Below, in pieces: positions 37,487 through 48,882 of a DNA stretch of 64,000 nt. A model generated the notes under the pieces. It was not told the DNA's origin, searched no databases, and saw only the letters and a list, made by a program, of their open reading frames with translations. The stretch lies in the IMG/VR virus record IMGVR_UViG_3300035701_000016, positions 11,104 through 75,103 of that record; one strand, written 5' to 3'. The first letter of the stretch is position 1. Each line of letters begins with the position of its first letter. Source of the DNA: a virus. A program made the translations under genes and the position numbers.

Positions 37487-38848
37487 CTATGATCCTAATC
37501 CGGCATAGTGATAATCCGGAGAATCTTCATCACACGTAATTGTGCAGAAGCTGGTCTCTGGATAGAAGCTGGTAGCCCAAGGATCAGGGCTCAGAATCTT
37601 TCCGATAACATCGCAACCAACGTCCATAAATCTTGCTTGAGCCCAAGGAGCCCACATCAAGAGACGAGGTTGCATTTCAACTTCTCGGGAAACGCAGGTC
37701 TGAGTTCTGTTGAGCCAGGTGAGCAGACGACCGCCATCAGTATATGAGTACGCAGCTTCCGGATAACTGGCCGGAACACCGGTAAGATCAAGATACTGAC
37801 CGGAGATGGTTTTGACGTTGCCAACTCTACCGGTAAGGACATATAGATCGCCATGTCCAGTGACGGCATTGATCATATTCCACTCATATGCTACGAGAGG
37901 AATTTCAAAACCGTCGATGAAGATCTTTCCGTCTCCAAACATACCGCCCATGATGGAGTCACGGAATCGACGACCTTCGTACGAATTCAGAGTAACGAGA
38001 AGATTACCGCTGCTGAAATCTCCAGGACAAACACTCCAGCAGGTGTAAGCATCCAAGAGGCATCGCAGAAGATGCTGAGGAGCCATAATGATGATATCAC
38101 CAACTGACAGAGGCTGTGCAGCCAGAGCAGGAGCCATGCGAATTCTGTCTTTAATCTGACGAACAACCGCGATCAGAACATCAACAAAACCGTAAGTATT
38201 TCCTACCGGCTTACCGTTCCAAGTAATACCAGCACCGCCAGAAAAATCACGATCATTCCAGTCAATGACGATTGAATCCATTGACCGACAGTGATGTCCC
38301 TTTGAACTATGGTATCCAGTCTTTACCAGAGCCTGGAGTCCGTCGAATTGACCGGTAGTTAGAATACTACCATCAATTAGTTCACGTTTCAGATCCTGAA
38401 GAATGGCTTCGGTAGCAAGCCGCATATCAAACTCAACATCGCTGACGATGGGAGTACCGTCAAGACGATAACGAGGCTGGATCTCACAGAGTTTCAAACC
38501 TGATCCGGTTCTGGTGGCATTTCGTTCTGGACCGTGACGCCTCAGAAGACCGAAGTCCTCCAGAGTAAAGTCGCAGAAACCCCACTCTACACCATTGGAT
38601 TCACCGCACGGATCTGCAATATAGCCGTGTGAACGACCATGCTGAGCAGTTTCCTCTGGCCGGATCCAGGTAATGAAATTCTTTTTGATGATACAAACGT
38701 TGGTTCTTTCCCATCCTATCCAGTCCATAAACTTGCTGGTTCCCTCGAATGAGAGACTCATCAGGTCCTGGTCTGAGCAGAGATCGAAAAGACCGCAGCA
38801 ACCATAGATGGTTGGCAGGGTAGATAAGGTGGTGATTTCGTCGGTCAT
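37487..38848 (-). CDS. major capsid protein (Cys-rich)
   Basis: Follows protease/scaffold; LIDG...GQFDGL..L HK97-type motif; start set at MTDEI behind GAGGAG. Confidence 0.8.
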   Translation of the reverse strand: MTDEITTLSTLPTIYGCCGLFDLCSDQDLMSLSFEGTSKFMDWIGWERTNVCIIKKNFITWIRPEETAQHGRSHGYIADPCGESNGVEWGFCDFTLEDFGLLRRHGPERNATRTGSGLKLCEIQPRYRLDGTPIVSDVEFDMRLATEAILQDLKRELIDGSILTTGQFDGLQALVKTGYHSSKGHHCRSMDSIVIDWNDRDFSGGAGITWNGKPVGNTYGFVDVLIAVVRQIKDRIRMAPALAAQPLSVGDIIIMAPQHLLRCLLDAYTCWSVCPGDFSSGNLLVTLNSYEGRRFRDSIMGGMFGDGKIFIDGFEIPLVAYEWNMINAVTGHGDLYVLTGRVGNVKTISGQYLDLTGVPASYPEAAYSYTDGGRLLTWLNRTQTCVSREVEMQPRLLMWAPWAQARFMDVGCDVIGKILSPDPWATSFYPETSFCTITCDEDSPDYHYAGLGS

Positions 38849-38900
38849 TGGTTCTCCTCTACTATTTAAATAAGCACGATTAATTGGTTTCATAGCAAAC

Positions 38901-40286
38901 CTACTTTATTCTTGACAGGGTATCTTCTGCAATATCATTAAGAGCAGGTTTCTCACCATCATCAGATGTCAATACTGCCGTTCCTGTTTGACGAGGACGA
39001 TACTGAACTCTGGTAACGGGACGACGTGGCATATCATTTTCTACTTCTTTCTTATCCTGTTCCTGAGTTTTCTTGATCTGATCAACAGTTTCGTTGAACT
39101 TGTTACTAGCAGCTTGACTGGCAGCTCTGAAATCATTGAACTCTTGGTGAAGATCATTCATCATCTTGAGTGCATCATTGAACTGCTCAATCAACGGAGC
39201 AAGTGCCGCAGTAATCTTTCCAGTAACGTCAGCTTTCTCAACTACAGCTGAAACTACTTCCTCATCAATAATCACCGAGTGTTCTTCTTGAACCGGTTCT
39301 ACAACCTGCTCAACAATAGGTTCGGTGGGAGGAGTAACGGATTCGATAGCAGCAGGAGCCGGTGTCTCTGTGGCAGTCCTTCTCACCATATCCTGCTGGA
39401 TAATCTCATCATTGACTCCGTCGGCCAGGGCAATGAATCGATCAGCCAATTCCGTGTCATCTCCTGCTAACTTTTTGATTGCATCCTTTACTCTTTGATC
39501 CATATTGATAATCCTCTCTTTTGACTGAAGTGCAGTCAATATACAACAAGCGATTTCTTTCGGAGCTATAGTTATTTCTTCAAATTCTCCATCTGTATAG
39601 ACGGGAACTACCACATCTTTAGCAATTTCTTCCATATGACCTTCAAGAGGCCAGAATGAAATGGAAGCTCCCCAATAATTAGGATCTGCAGCATAAGCTC
39701 TCTGCATGGCATCTCCTAACTCTGAATTATCATACATACCAGATGCTAACAGAACGAATCCATCCCTGGCAACCCAATCAACCGTTCCCATCTTCAGATT
39801 GTGTTGATGACAGAAGGCAAGATAGGGAAGTTTTTTATCTTCTTCTGTATGACGAATTAGGTTATCATACAACTGAGTAGAGTCAATTGCCCCGTTTCTG
39901 TTAATCACGGCAGTAGATGAAATCATGAACCATCTTGAGCTGCCGTCTTCCATACGTTTGACCATGAATCTGTTTGCCACTGGTTGGAAGACCTCTTGTA
40001 CCTGAATAAATGCCCCTATCGTTATTCCAGACGGATCGACAAGGACATCTGCTTTGTACAGAAGACCATCTTTGGCTACTACGCAGTATATCTGCTTAGT
40101 AGAATCATCAACGTAGGCATCAATCAACCAATACCATTCATCCATTTCTTGAAGTTTGGATGAAATTTGCTGATAAATCATGGGCATACTGATTTGTTCC
40201 TGAGGACGAATACTTTTCCAGATCTCGTTGAGAGATCTTTTTATGAACAAACTAAGCTTCGTAAATATTTCCATGTCCTTATCCAT
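38901..40286 (-). CDS. prohead protease-scaffold fusion
   Basis: F.H...G...SG, GASISF, EIT protease-like motifs; acidic coiled-coil C half; possible internal start MDQRVK at 39503. Confidence 0.7.
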   Translation of the reverse strand: MDKDMEIFTKLSLFIKRSLNEIWKSIRPQEQISMPMIYQQISSKLQEMDEWYWLIDAYVDDSTKQIYCVVAKDGLLYKADVLVDPSGITIGAFIQVQEVFQPVANRFMVKRMEDGSSRWFMISSTAVINRNGAIDSTQLYDNLIRHTEEDKKLPYLAFCHQHNLKMGTVDWVARDGFVLLASGMYDNSELGDAMQRAYAADPNYWGASISFWPLEGHMEEIAKDVVVPVYTDGEFEEITIAPKEIACCILTALQSKERIINMDQRVKDAIKKLAGDDTELADRFIALADGVNDEIIQQDMVRRTATETPAPAAIESVTPPTEPIVEQVVEPVQEEHSVIIDEEVVSAVVEKADVTGKITAALAPLIEQFNDALKMMNDLHQEFNDFRAASQAASNKFNETVDQIKKTQEQDKKEVENDMPRRPVTRVQYRPRQTGTAVLTSDDGEKPALNDIAEDTLSRIK

Positions 40287-40309
40287 AGTTTACTCCTATT
40301 TATACCTAC

Positions 40310-40318
40310 ATTATACCA
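40310..40318 (-). promoter_or_regulatory. extended -10 promoter before protease/capsid
   Basis: GTGGTATAAT in the intergenic gap. Confidence 0.6.
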
Positions 40319-40340
40319 CTTCAGTATGATACAGACTAGC

Positions 40341-42053
40341 TCAACTTTTTTCCTTTTTGTATTCGTCTATCATGATCTGAAGTTCCTCGACCCTTCTCTT
40401 GAAGGAATGATTATCATCCGTAAATCTTTTTCCTTGTCTTGCTATTATTTCTCGCTCTCTTTCTTTGGGAAGCCACTCTCTGATCTTTTCACCCAGATCA
40501 TCAAAATCTTCCCATACTACCAGATGAACTCCATCTTCAAAACCCATGAAATATTCCATTCCTTCTATCTTTTGTTGGAATACAAAAGCTCCTGCATGAA
40601 GCATTTGGAATAATCTATTAGACACATAACCTATCGATTTTGGAAATAAATTGTCACCTATAGCAATCTTGGAAGAACGGTAGAGAACGTCTCCTGCAGA
40701 GAAGTCATATATGGTATTTCCGTCTGATCCTATATGAGAAGGCCACTGACCGAATAGACCTACCTTCAGATCCTTTTGTCTTCTCAACAATTCAGCCATC
40801 TTCTGTCTTCTAGGGTCATAACAATTCCCTAAAAATACAATGTCATATCTGTTCTTATTTATTTCTGAATCGGGAACCCTATTGTAATCCTCATATCCTA
40901 TCTGCCAGTATTTATAGTTGATGCCATAATCGACATAATCTTTGGCTATGTCGCCTATGGCAAATGATGCAAGATCGAACATTTTGCATATTTCTTTGTA
41001 CTCTTTAGATCCATGAACATTCTCATGATAATCACCGCTCCATGACATGAATATTGTATTCTTATATTCATCTTTCATTCTCATCATGAAGTCATAAGTA
41101 AATATCTTGGGATGTTGGAATTGAACCAAGCAAATATCAGGATTGAAATTATCAATATCATATTCCAATAAATCCAAATGACCCTGATAATTTATTTCAG
41201 ATACCAAATATTTCTCTGACAAAGCTTTTCTCAATCCAATCTTGGTTTTTAGCTGATGAGGAAATACTTTATCTTCGTACAGTGGAGCATAGGTAATTCT
41301 TGGAATTCTTTTGCATGGATTGGTAACGGTAGGAGAAAACTTGATGACTGGACCCAGAACACCATTCCTTGTCCATTTATTTCTCCACTTAGCAGAATCA
41401 GGATGACCTCCGGTAAGATGGTCAACAGGATTATTTAATTTTCTAAGGTCGTCATCTATCTGGAAATCATTAATACAAGCGCAAGGAATTCCTTCAACCT
41501 TAAATCCCATCTCTAGAACCTGACAGCTTAAATCTGAATCTCCACCATAGGATACATAATCATTCCATCCGCCACATTTTGTGAGTAACCATCTTGGAAT
41601 GATACATACTTGACCATATACTGTAGAAACCTTCTTACCGTTCCTAATAGCTGGCATACTGTCAAGGGTATATTCAGCAGAATGTCTATTTTGATAGAAA
41701 CAACCAATTCCTACATCCAGATGATCGTCCATGTAGGCTATGGCAAGTCTTATCCCCTCAAATCTGAACTCAACATCGTCATTCGGCATAATGACATATT
41801 TGCCCCTTGACCTATTGAATCCAACATTATATGCCTGAATTAGTCCTAACAAAGCACCCTGCTCTATTAGAACTATGTCATCTTGTTCTCTCATCCACTC
41901 CAAACTTCCGTCATTGCTTCCACCATCTACCATAACAATCTCGTACGGTATTCCTATACCGACGGATGATCTAACACTATAGATCATTCTCTTAAGAGAT
42001 TCAAATCTGTTATATGTTCCTGATACTATTGACACGTATGGATTTTCAATCAT
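40341..42053 (-). CDS. bifunctional glycosyltransferase (GT2 + CgeB-like GT-B domain)
   Basis: SIVSGTYNR, VDGGSNDG, PNDD, GGDSD; then DIVFLGN...SNRLF...HSFKRRV. Confidence 0.85.
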   Translation of the reverse strand: MIENPYVSIVSGTYNRFESLKRMIYSVRSSVGIGIPYEIVMVDGGSNDGSLEWMREQDDIVLIEQGALLGLIQAYNVGFNRSRGKYVIMPNDDVEFRFEGIRLAIAYMDDHLDVGIGCFYQNRHSAEYTLDSMPAIRNGKKVSTVYGQVCIIPRWLLTKCGGWNDYVSYGGDSDLSCQVLEMGFKVEGIPCACINDFQIDDDLRKLNNPVDHLTGGHPDSAKWRNKWTRNGVLGPVIKFSPTVTNPCKRIPRITYAPLYEDKVFPHQLKTKIGLRKALSEKYLVSEINYQGHLDLLEYDIDNFNPDICLVQFQHPKIFTYDFMMRMKDEYKNTIFMSWSGDYHENVHGSKEYKEICKMFDLASFAIGDIAKDYVDYGINYKYWQIGYEDYNRVPDSEINKNRYDIVFLGNCYDPRRQKMAELLRRQKDLKVGLFGQWPSHIGSDGNTIYDFSAGDVLYRSSKIAIGDNLFPKSIGYVSNRLFQMLHAGAFVFQQKIEGMEYFMGFEDGVHLVVWEDFDDLGEKIREWLPKEREREIIARQGKRFTDDNHSFKRRVEELQIMIDEYKKEKS

Positions 42054-42847
42054 GGAAGCTCCCTCTCTTCATCATGCTTAGGTCCGGTAAGAAAATCACG
42101 ATATCTTGTAGTAAGAATTGGAATATTTTTGACCCAACTTTCCTGTGCTATATTCCCACTATTGGTTCTGTGAGAAGTACCCCACTCCCATCTTGAGAAA
42201 TTTGGAAGACAATACAAACCTGACAACCAACCATGATTAATATATCCCTTTATGCACAAATCAACTTCCTCAGTATTTAGTGGAGCATATATCTCGTCAA
42301 AATAACCCAAAGTTTCCACCATGCTATGTCTCCACATCAAAGGTCCACGATTTACTGCATCTTTTATGTAGAATATATTTCTCTCGGCATCTTGTCTTTC
42401 AATCAATGATTTTCTCCATCCTATCATACCGTTATCTTCCAAATAGAAATTGAAACATGCCTGAGCAGATACGGCAAGAACTTCACTCCATCTAATGAAT
42501 GGTTTAAGTAATCTTTCATCAAAATTTTCCTCCACAGCAATCATATCATCTTGCATGTTGAGTATGAACGGTTCTCTGCATACCCTGTATCCAAGATTGC
42601 ACGCTTTATTCTCGAAAACTCCGTTGGATACTAAGATATTGTAATTGAATTTCTTTTCCGTAGATTCTATGAATTCCCCGGTAATTTCCTGAGATCTATC
42701 CGTACATCCGTCAAATACTATAACTAATTCTTTAACCAATGGAGAACAGTTATAGTATATTCCATTAAGAACATTTAAAATAATGTCCTCATGATTGAAA
42801 ACTGTTAGAACAATGCTAATCATAGATAGTGTTTGCCAAGAGAGCAT
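42050..42847 (-). CDS. GT2 glycosyltransferase
   Basis: SIVLTVFN, VFDGCTDRS, MQDD, EEVDLC. Confidence 0.85.
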   Translation of the reverse strand: MLSWQTLSMISIVLTVFNHEDIILNVLNGIYYNCSPLVKELVIVFDGCTDRSQEITGEFIESTEKKFNYNILVSNGVFENKACNLGYRVCREPFILNMQDDMIAVEENFDERLLKPFIRWSEVLAVSAQACFNFYLEDNGMIGWRKSLIERQDAERNIFYIKDAVNRGPLMWRHSMVETLGYFDEIYAPLNTEEVDLCIKGYINHGWLSGLYCLPNFSRWEWGTSHRTNSGNIAQESWVKNIPILTTRYRDFLTGPKHDEERELP

Positions 42848-43451
42848 CTCCGCAGACGCCCCCAGGATAGTCCTCTACCACTCTAAATGACGGTAGTAGC
42901 TCAAGAATTCTAGGGAGGGTACAGAATCCTTTGTATAGCTCAACATTCTCATATTCCGTGAAGAAACCCTTTACCTTGGTTCTGAATATCTCGAGACCTC
43001 CCATAATCATACGTTCTTCAGCCCCTTGTATGTCAGACCATACAAAGTCTATCACGTCAATTCTATGCAAAGCACAAAATGTGTCCAATCGTATAGTTGG
43101 AACTACATATTCTTCAACAAATGGAATCTGATCGAATACAGTTTTATGCAGCATGGGAACTTGAATAGATCCGGAAGCATCTCCATATCTATTAGGATTG
43201 GAAGATAATCCACCTGCAACATAAAAAGTAGCTTCACCATCCTCATCAGATATTGCTCCCTCGAATAGTGTAGCTTTAAGATTTAGAGCTCTAATCTTTT
43301 TTATGTTCTCTCTATCAGGCTCGAATAGATACAAATGAACATTAGGCCACATAAGGGAGAAATGTTGTGAATCCTCACCATAATGAGAACCAGCTTCTAC
43401 TATGGTAGGATCTGATCTCTTTACAAATTGACGAATCAAATCTTTGTTCAT
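42816..43451 (-). CDS. FkbM-family methyltransferase
   Basis: VEAGSHYG, FEP, TIRLD, DIQGAE, LYKG. Confidence 0.88.
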   Translation of the reverse strand: MNKDLIRQFVKRSDPTIVEAGSHYGEDSQHFSLMWPNVHLYLFEPDRENIKKIRALNLKATLFEGAISDEDGEATFYVAGGLSSNPNRYGDASGSIQVPMLHKTVFDQIPFVEEYVVPTIRLDTFCALHRIDVIDFVWSDIQGAEERMIMGGLEIFRTKVKGFFTEYENVELYKGFCTLPRILELLPSFRVVEDYPGGVCGDALLANTIYD

Positions 43452-44089
43452 AGTTTATCCGTTATGTAGATGGCATTCACTCCATCATTTTGAATCATAT
43501 CGTACAAATGAGATTTAGTCCAATTTGTAATCCAATCAAAATTGAATGCAGATTCAATGATCATCATCTTTGGTCTCCAGATATCTGCATTGAATCCCGA
43601 AAGAACAGAAGGTTCACCACCCTCAACATCTATAACGATTAGATCCAGATTGGCTGGAACTTTATGCTGACAAAGTATGGTATCCAATTTCATACCATAA
43701 GCCTCTATAAATTTTTCTGGAGAATATTTCCAACCCCATCCTCTGGCAAGTTCATTGGCAGCTATACTTTCATTCAGAGTGCAAGCATCATAGAAATCTG
43801 CGTCACTAAGCCAGAGTTTCACCATTCCTTCGTGATCGGTAGCGGCACATTCAAGAACGATAACTTTATTATTCTTGTGCATTTCTTTGCAATCTTCCGC
43901 CAACTGATGTATGGGCTCAATATAGATACCGTTCCAACCAGCCTCAGCCAATCCCCAAGTATTAGACCAGTTGAAACCATTATGAGCTCCGATCTCCACG
44001 AAATATCCATCAACCTTATCATTGAAATATTTCGTGTAGAGTTCAAAAAGATTCGTTATCTGACAATCTTTGGCAGATTTATAGCTCAT
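43448..44089 (-). CDS. FkbM-family methyltransferase
   Basis: FVEIGAHNG...SNT, WNGIYIEP, IDVEGGE. Confidence 0.88.
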   Translation of the reverse strand: MSYKSAKDCQITNLFELYTKYFNDKVDGYFVEIGAHNGFNWSNTWGLAEAGWNGIYIEPIHQLAEDCKEMHKNNKVIVLECAATDHEGMVKLWLSDADFYDACTLNESIAANELARGWGWKYSPEKFIEAYGMKLDTILCQHKVPANLDLIVIDVEGGEPSVLSGFNADIWRPKMMIIESAFNFDWITNWTKSHLYDMIQNDGVNAIYITDKL

Positions 44090-44619
44090 AGCAGATCCTC
44101 ACGGTAGGCAACAAATAGATCTCTGGGCTCGGCATGTTCGTTATTCTCCAGAATAATTTTGAACAGTGGATCGATTTCATGGACAGCTTCTATGATATCG
44201 TCTACCGTAACATCTACCCAATGTTGAAATCCCATCAGACGCATATCATCTGCAAGAATTGTTACTGGAAATCTATGGAGATCTCTGATTGCTCCTATCT
44301 CTTCAAGTATAGGAGTACCGGCAGTCCAATGTCCCTCATGAGCATCTAACCAGAACATAGTAGGATACTCTAGATAAGGAATTAGCTCCATTAGAACTGA
44401 AACAGAATCTCCGGTCAGAAGAGTTACCTGGGGATAATCTTTCAATCTATCCAGGGCAAATTGATGCCATTCTGTACTGATATCGATAGAGTAGATTGTG
44501 TCAAATCCTGCATCAACGGCGGTTTGTACCGTATTTCCGGTCTCTGTTCCAGTTTCCACAAAAATCTTGGACTGCCCTTTATATTTCAACAAAATATCCA
44601 GAGGAAGACTTGCTGACAT
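44086..44619 (-). CDS. class I SAM-dependent methyltransferase-like protein
   Basis: FVETGT..G, GDS, FWLDAH, PILEEI, ILADD. Confidence 0.75.
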   Translation of the reverse strand: MSASLPLDILLKYKGQSKIFVETGTETGNTVQTAVDAGFDTIYSIDISTEWHQFALDRLKDYPQVTLLTGDSVSVLMELIPYLEYPTMFWLDAHEGHWTAGTPILEEIGAIRDLHRFPVTILADDMRLMGFQHWVDVTVDDIIEAVHEIDPLFKIILENNEHAEPRDLFVAYREDLL

Positions 44620-44675
44620 TTTATTTCTCCCCGTACTGGTCGGCCTGGATAGACCGACCAGTACATATATCCCGA

Positions 44676-45002
44676 CTAAACCGGAGGTTCCACCGGAGGA
44701 GGAACAGGATTGGCTAAAACAGCAGCCTGAATAGCGGCACTTTTCTTATCCAGATCGTCAGCAAGTTTCAGCATCAAGATAGGATCGTAGGCATTGTTCT
44801 TGATGTAAATTGACAGATCTGTAACGAGAGTGATGATACTATCAGCAGCACCCTCAATTGCCGTAACACGAGTAACTAGAAGATCTACTTCACCAGCCAT
44901 TTTTCTAATCTCCTTTGCCATAAAAGAAATATTGGTTTCAATTCGATCCAATTCATTGAGGATCTTACGAATCTTTTCGTACAACCATATTTTCATCATC
45001 AC
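44676..45002 (-). CDS. coiled-coil hypothetical protein
   Basis: AGGAGG Shine-Dalgarno; followed by hairpin at 44633-44664. Confidence 0.6.
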   Translation of the reverse strand: MMMKIWLYEKIRKILNELDRIETNISFMAKEIRKMAGEVDLLVTRVTAIEGAADSIITLVTDLSIYIKNNAYDPILMLKLADDLDKKSAAIQAAVLANPVPPPVEPPV

Positions 45003-45009
45003 CTCCTGT

Positions 45010-45126
45010 TCAATCAGGTTCTACATTATCATCCTCAAACTGATCATCACCACAGTAATCATCATTCTCGGAGTCTACGGTAGAACACTCGTCAAGATCA
45101 GTCTGGGAAGAATCATTCGGACCCAT
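45010..45126 (-). CDS. 38-aa acidic peptide
   Basis: Read manually: MGPNDSSQTDLDECSTVDSENDDYCGDDQFEDDNVEPD; GGAG upstream; fills the gap exactly. Confidence 0.45.
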   Translation of the reverse strand: MGPNDSSQTDLDECSTVDSENDDYCGDDQFEDDNVEPD

Positions 45127-45128
45127 AG

Positions 45129-48095
45129 CTACTCCCATAAATTTGCCGAGATTAGTAATACTTCTTCATCATCATTTCTTCTCTTCTTCTTCTCCCACCA
45201 GAATGGTTCCGCATGTCCAGGAGTTACTGCTACGATAGGAGCAGAAGGTGAAGGAGATGCGCTCATGGAAGAAGATATGGACGGTGATGCACTGACACTA
45301 GCAGAGATGGATGAACTTATCGATGGAGATGCACTTACCGAAGCACTCTTAGAAGAAGATATGGATGGAGAGGCAGAAATTGAAGCACTAATGGAAGCAC
45401 TAACAGAAGCACTCTTAGAGGCACTAATTGATACACTTACAGAAGCACTAATAGAAGCACTCAGAGAAGCACTGACAGAAGCACTTATGCTAGGTGAGGC
45501 AGATATTGAGGCAGACATGCTAGCTGATTTGGAAGCACTTATCGATGCACTTACAGAAACAGAAATGCTAGCAGAAATACTAGAAGAAATACTTTCAGAA
45601 ATACTAGGTGAAGCACTAACAGATGCAGAAATAGAAGGACTAGCTGAAATTGAAGAAGATAAACTAGCTGAAACAGAGGCTGAAATAGATGGACTAGCAG
45701 ATATACTCGCAGATATACTTGCACTTATTGATACTGAAACTGAAGCTGACTCTGATGCTGATACACTAGCACTAATAGATGCACTTTCACTGGTGGATAC
45801 AGAAGCAGAAACCGATGCGGAAATAGAAGCACTAATTGAGGGTGATGCAGAAATTGAAGCCGATTCACTAGACGATACACTGGCTGAGACACTAGCACCA
45901 ATACTAGGTGAAGAACTAACACTAGAAGAAATACTAGGAGAAGCAGATACACTAGCAGAAATAGAGGCACTTATACTCGCAGATACCGAAGCACTAATAC
46001 TTGGTGAAGCCGAGATAGATGCTGAAACAGAAGCACTTACAGAAGCTGAAATACTAAGACTCGCACTAACTGATGAAGATACACTGGCACTAACACTAGC
46101 AGACTTAGATGATGATACAGAAGAGGATATTGAGGGAGAAGCACTAAGTGAAGCACTTAGTGATGCTGATACGGAAGCTGATATACTAAGACTAGCTGAA
46201 ACAGAAGAAGAAATAGAAGCGCTTACTGAAGCACTTATACTCAGACTTGCAGAGATAGATGTACTGACCGAAGCGGATATACTAGCACTTATACTGGGAG
46301 AAGCGGATATACTAGCACTAAGAGAAGCACTAACAGAAGAGGATATAGAAGGAGATGATGATACTGATGAACTAACAGAGGAACTCACACTAGCAGAAAT
46401 AGAGGGTGAGGCTGATACGGAAGCACTAACACTAGCACTTGTGGAAGCACTTATTGATGGAGAAGCTGAAACTGATCCAGAAACAGACGATGAAATACTA
46501 GCTGATAAAGATGCAGATACAGATGCACTGATTGAAGGAGATGCAGATACTGATGCACTAATTGATGGACTTGCACTGATACTTGCACTGATGCTAGGAC
46601 TAGCTGAAATACTTGCACTCTCAGAAGCACTTTCGGAAGCTGAGATAGAAGGAGATGCACTGATACTAGCAGAGACGGATGCAGATATGGAAGCAGATAT
46701 ACTAGCACTTTTCGAAGCTGATATAGAAGCCGAAATTGAAGCACTTTCTGATGCACTGATTGATGGGGAAGCCGAAATAGATGCGCTCTCACTTGCTGAT
46801 ACTGAAGCGGATATACTGGGACTAGCACTTATTGATGCGCTTTCACTTGCAGATATAGAAGAACTTATACTAGGACTTGCTGACACTGAAGCTGAGATGG
46901 AAGCACTTACTGAGGCGCTTATACTTGGAGATGCTGAGATACTGGCGCTTTCAGAAGCAGAAATAGAAGCACTAATTGAAAGTGAAGCAGAAATACTGGC
47001 CGAGACTGATGCACTTACGCTGGACGAGATACTTGGGCTGGCACTGATACTTGCAGAAATAGATGCACTAATACTTGCACTTATAGATAGACTAGCACTA
47101 ACACTAGCAGATACTGACGCTGATATTGAAGCACTTATACTAGCCGAAATACTCGGACTTGCCGATACACTAGCACTCACTGAAGCACTAACTGACGCCG
47201 AGATGGAAGGACTTGCACTTACTGACGCCGATTTCGAAGAAGAAACTGAGGAAGATATACTAGGAGAAGCAGAAATTGAAGAGGATACCGAAGAACTTAT
47301 TGAAGGTGATGAAGATACAGATGATGAAACTGAAGCACTAATACTAGGAGATGCACTTACGGATTTACTTTCACTTGCTGATACTGAAGATGATGCACTT
47401 CCCACCACTCCCTTGAATGACTTCTTCATCATGTGGGGGAAGAATATCCTAGGATGGCTGGCAATCGGAACAGTCCCCTGCTCAACCATCTTAGCCCCGT
47501 TCATCAGATCGGGTTCATCCCCACTACTATCCCCACGAATTAGGGGATAGTAGGCGACCAGACTTTCGGGTTTGACAAATAGCGGAGAGTAACCTACTGC
47601 TAGTTGCTTAATATCCGCCAAGGTTAAAGCCACATTCCAGAAACCGACTTCGGCCAAAATCGCTTCTGCCGCCACTTTCCAATGAGAAGAGGTCGAATAC
47701 AACATAGTACCAAGTGTAGTTCTGCTTACAGTTGTGGCCGGAACTCGACTGGTAGTTTCATCCCCACCGCCTACTCCATTTGTATAACCAGTTCGTAAAG
47801 TAGCAGAGCTAAATACTGCGGCTGCATGATTCCACGCATTAACATTTGTAGCAGGCCCATAAGACGAACTGCTCGCACCTGCCGCCCAAGTTGTCGCTCC
47901 TACTGTTCCCGTTGTTGTTATAAGTCTAAGGCCAAACCCATCAGGGGCAGCATTTGTCGAAGTCAGATATACCAAGGACTGTTCTTGTGTGAATCCTGAT
48001 GGATATACCCAACACGCCATAGTCAGCGGCGTGGCTGTAATTAAGCCAGTCGCATTAAGAAAATAATTCGAGGTACTATGAACACCTCGTGCCAT
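45129..48095 (-). CDS. LamG/concanavalin-like domain + serine-rich repeat (SRR) protein
   Basis: TMACWVYP...WNHAAAV...Y.NG...[10 protein letters not shown] LamG signature; ~720 aa of (S-X)n SASIS/SASPS/SASVS; short charged C-terminal tail. Confidence 0.88.
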   Translation of the reverse strand: MARGVHSTSNYFLNATGLITATPLTMACWVYPSGFTQEQSLVYLTSTNAAPDGFGLRLITTTGTVGATTWAAGASSSSYGPATNVNAWNHAAAVFSSATLRTGYTNGVGGGDETTSRVPATTVSRTTLGTMLYSTSSHWKVAAEAILAEVGFWNVALTLADIKQLAVGYSPLFVKPESLVAYYPLIRGDSSGDEPDLMNGAKMVEQGTVPIASHPRIFFPHMMKKSFKGVVGSASSSVSASESKSVSASPSISASVSSSVSSSPSISSSVSSSISASPSISSSVSSSKSASVSASPSISASVSASVSASVSASPSISASISASISASVSASVSASLSISASISASISASISASPSISSSVSASVSASISASLSISASISASESASISASPSISASVSASISASVSASPSISSSISASESASISASPSISASVSASESASISASPSISASESASISASISASKSASISASISASVSASISASPSISASESASESASISASPSISASISASPSISASVSASPSISASVSASLSASISSSVSGSVSASPSISASTSASVSASVSASPSISASVSSSVSSSVSSSPSISSSVSASLSASISASPSISASISASVSTSISASLSISASVSASISSSVSASLSISASVSASLSASLSASPSISSSVSSSKSASVSASVSSSVSASLSISASVSASVSASISASPSISASVSASISASISASVSASPSISSSVSSSPSIGASVSASVSSSESASISASPSISASISASVSASVSTSESASISASVSASESASVSVSISASISASISASPSISASVSASLSSSISASPSISASVSASPSISESISSSISASISVSVSASISASKSASMSASISASPSISASVSASLSASISASVSVSISASKSASVSASISASISASPSISSSKSASVSASPSISSSISASVSASPSISSSMSASPSPSAPIVAVTPGHAEPFWWEKKKRRNDDEEVLLISANLWE
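45243..47400 (-). repeat. degenerate 6-bp-period coding repeat (Ser-X dipeptides)
   Basis: Recurrent gcact/gaagca/atacta units on +; synonymous codons vary throughout. Confidence 0.9.
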
Positions 48096-48595
48096 TATGT
48101 TTCCTTGACTTCTACTGCAAGCAATTCGGCATCCGTAGTTACGTCATCCGTACCTGCTGACCCATCCGCATCCCGGCGAACTTTCAGGCGGAACATTTCA
48201 CCAGCCGCCAAACTATCCATTTGTGCCCCATTGGTGAATGTGATTGTTACGAGAGTTGTAACTCCACTTGTTCCGTTTGGATTACCTGCCGCACTCTGAA
48301 CTGCGGCAAAACTATCCGCATCCATATCCAGAGAAGCATCATCCATACGCTCAATAGATACCGACCAATAGGCGCTGCCCGATGTGGCCGATGAGAACAT
48401 GACATGCAAGTAGACTGTCAGTCCTCCACCCGCATAATTACGTGGCAGGATACCGGAGAAAACCGCTTCTTCGTCCGCCGCACCATCAAAGTCAAGAACT
48501 GGATGATAGTTACGTAAATCCAGTGTGGCATAGATAGTTGCCGGAGGTTCATTACAATAAGGATTAAATACTGCTAAAGTATCACCGCTTGCCAT
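48095..48595 (-). CDS. hypothetical beta-rich virion-associated protein
   Basis: Coupled to SRR gene; FRLKVRRDA...DD jelly-roll-like pattern. Confidence 0.6.
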   Translation of the reverse strand: MASGDTLAVFNPYCNEPPATIYATLDLRNYHPVLDFDGAADEEAVFSGILPRNYAGGGLTVYLHVMFSSATSGSAYWSVSIERMDDASLDMDADSFAAVQSAAGNPNGTSGVTTLVTITFTNGAQMDSLAAGEMFRLKVRRDADGSAGTDDVTTDAELLAVEVKET

Positions 48596-48882
48596 TAGTC
48601 TACCTCCCCGAATACCTGTTTGAGGATATTCAGATTAAAACGCATGAGAATTACCGCTACCAACAACAGCGACTTTTGAGAAGTAGTTGCAACGGTACGA
48701 AATGGGGTTGGAAGAGTGTTATTATAACTGACTGAGTTGGCATCCACCCAGGCATCCGCCGCCACAATCGCCGCCGTGAATTGGGTCTTTGTAAATGCTC
48801 CAGTCTGTTCGCGCAGGTTGGACCAATAACGTGAAAGACCTCGTTTTATTCTATCAATATCCACAGTTGATAATGTTGCCAT
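48595..48882 (-). CDS. hypothetical protein
   Basis: Start MATLST behind GGAG; coupled to next gene. Confidence 0.6.
   Translation of the reverse strand: MATLSTVDIDRIKRGLSRYWSNLREQTGAFTKTQFTAAIVAADAWVDANSVSYNNTLPTPFRTVATTSQKSLLLVAVILMRFNLNILKQVFGEVD

Noticed and set aside
44830-47550. 906-aa plus-strand ORF rich in A/E/D/L/I/T
   Set aside because: Antisense shadow of the Ser-X repeat; no ribosome-binding site and opposite to the operon
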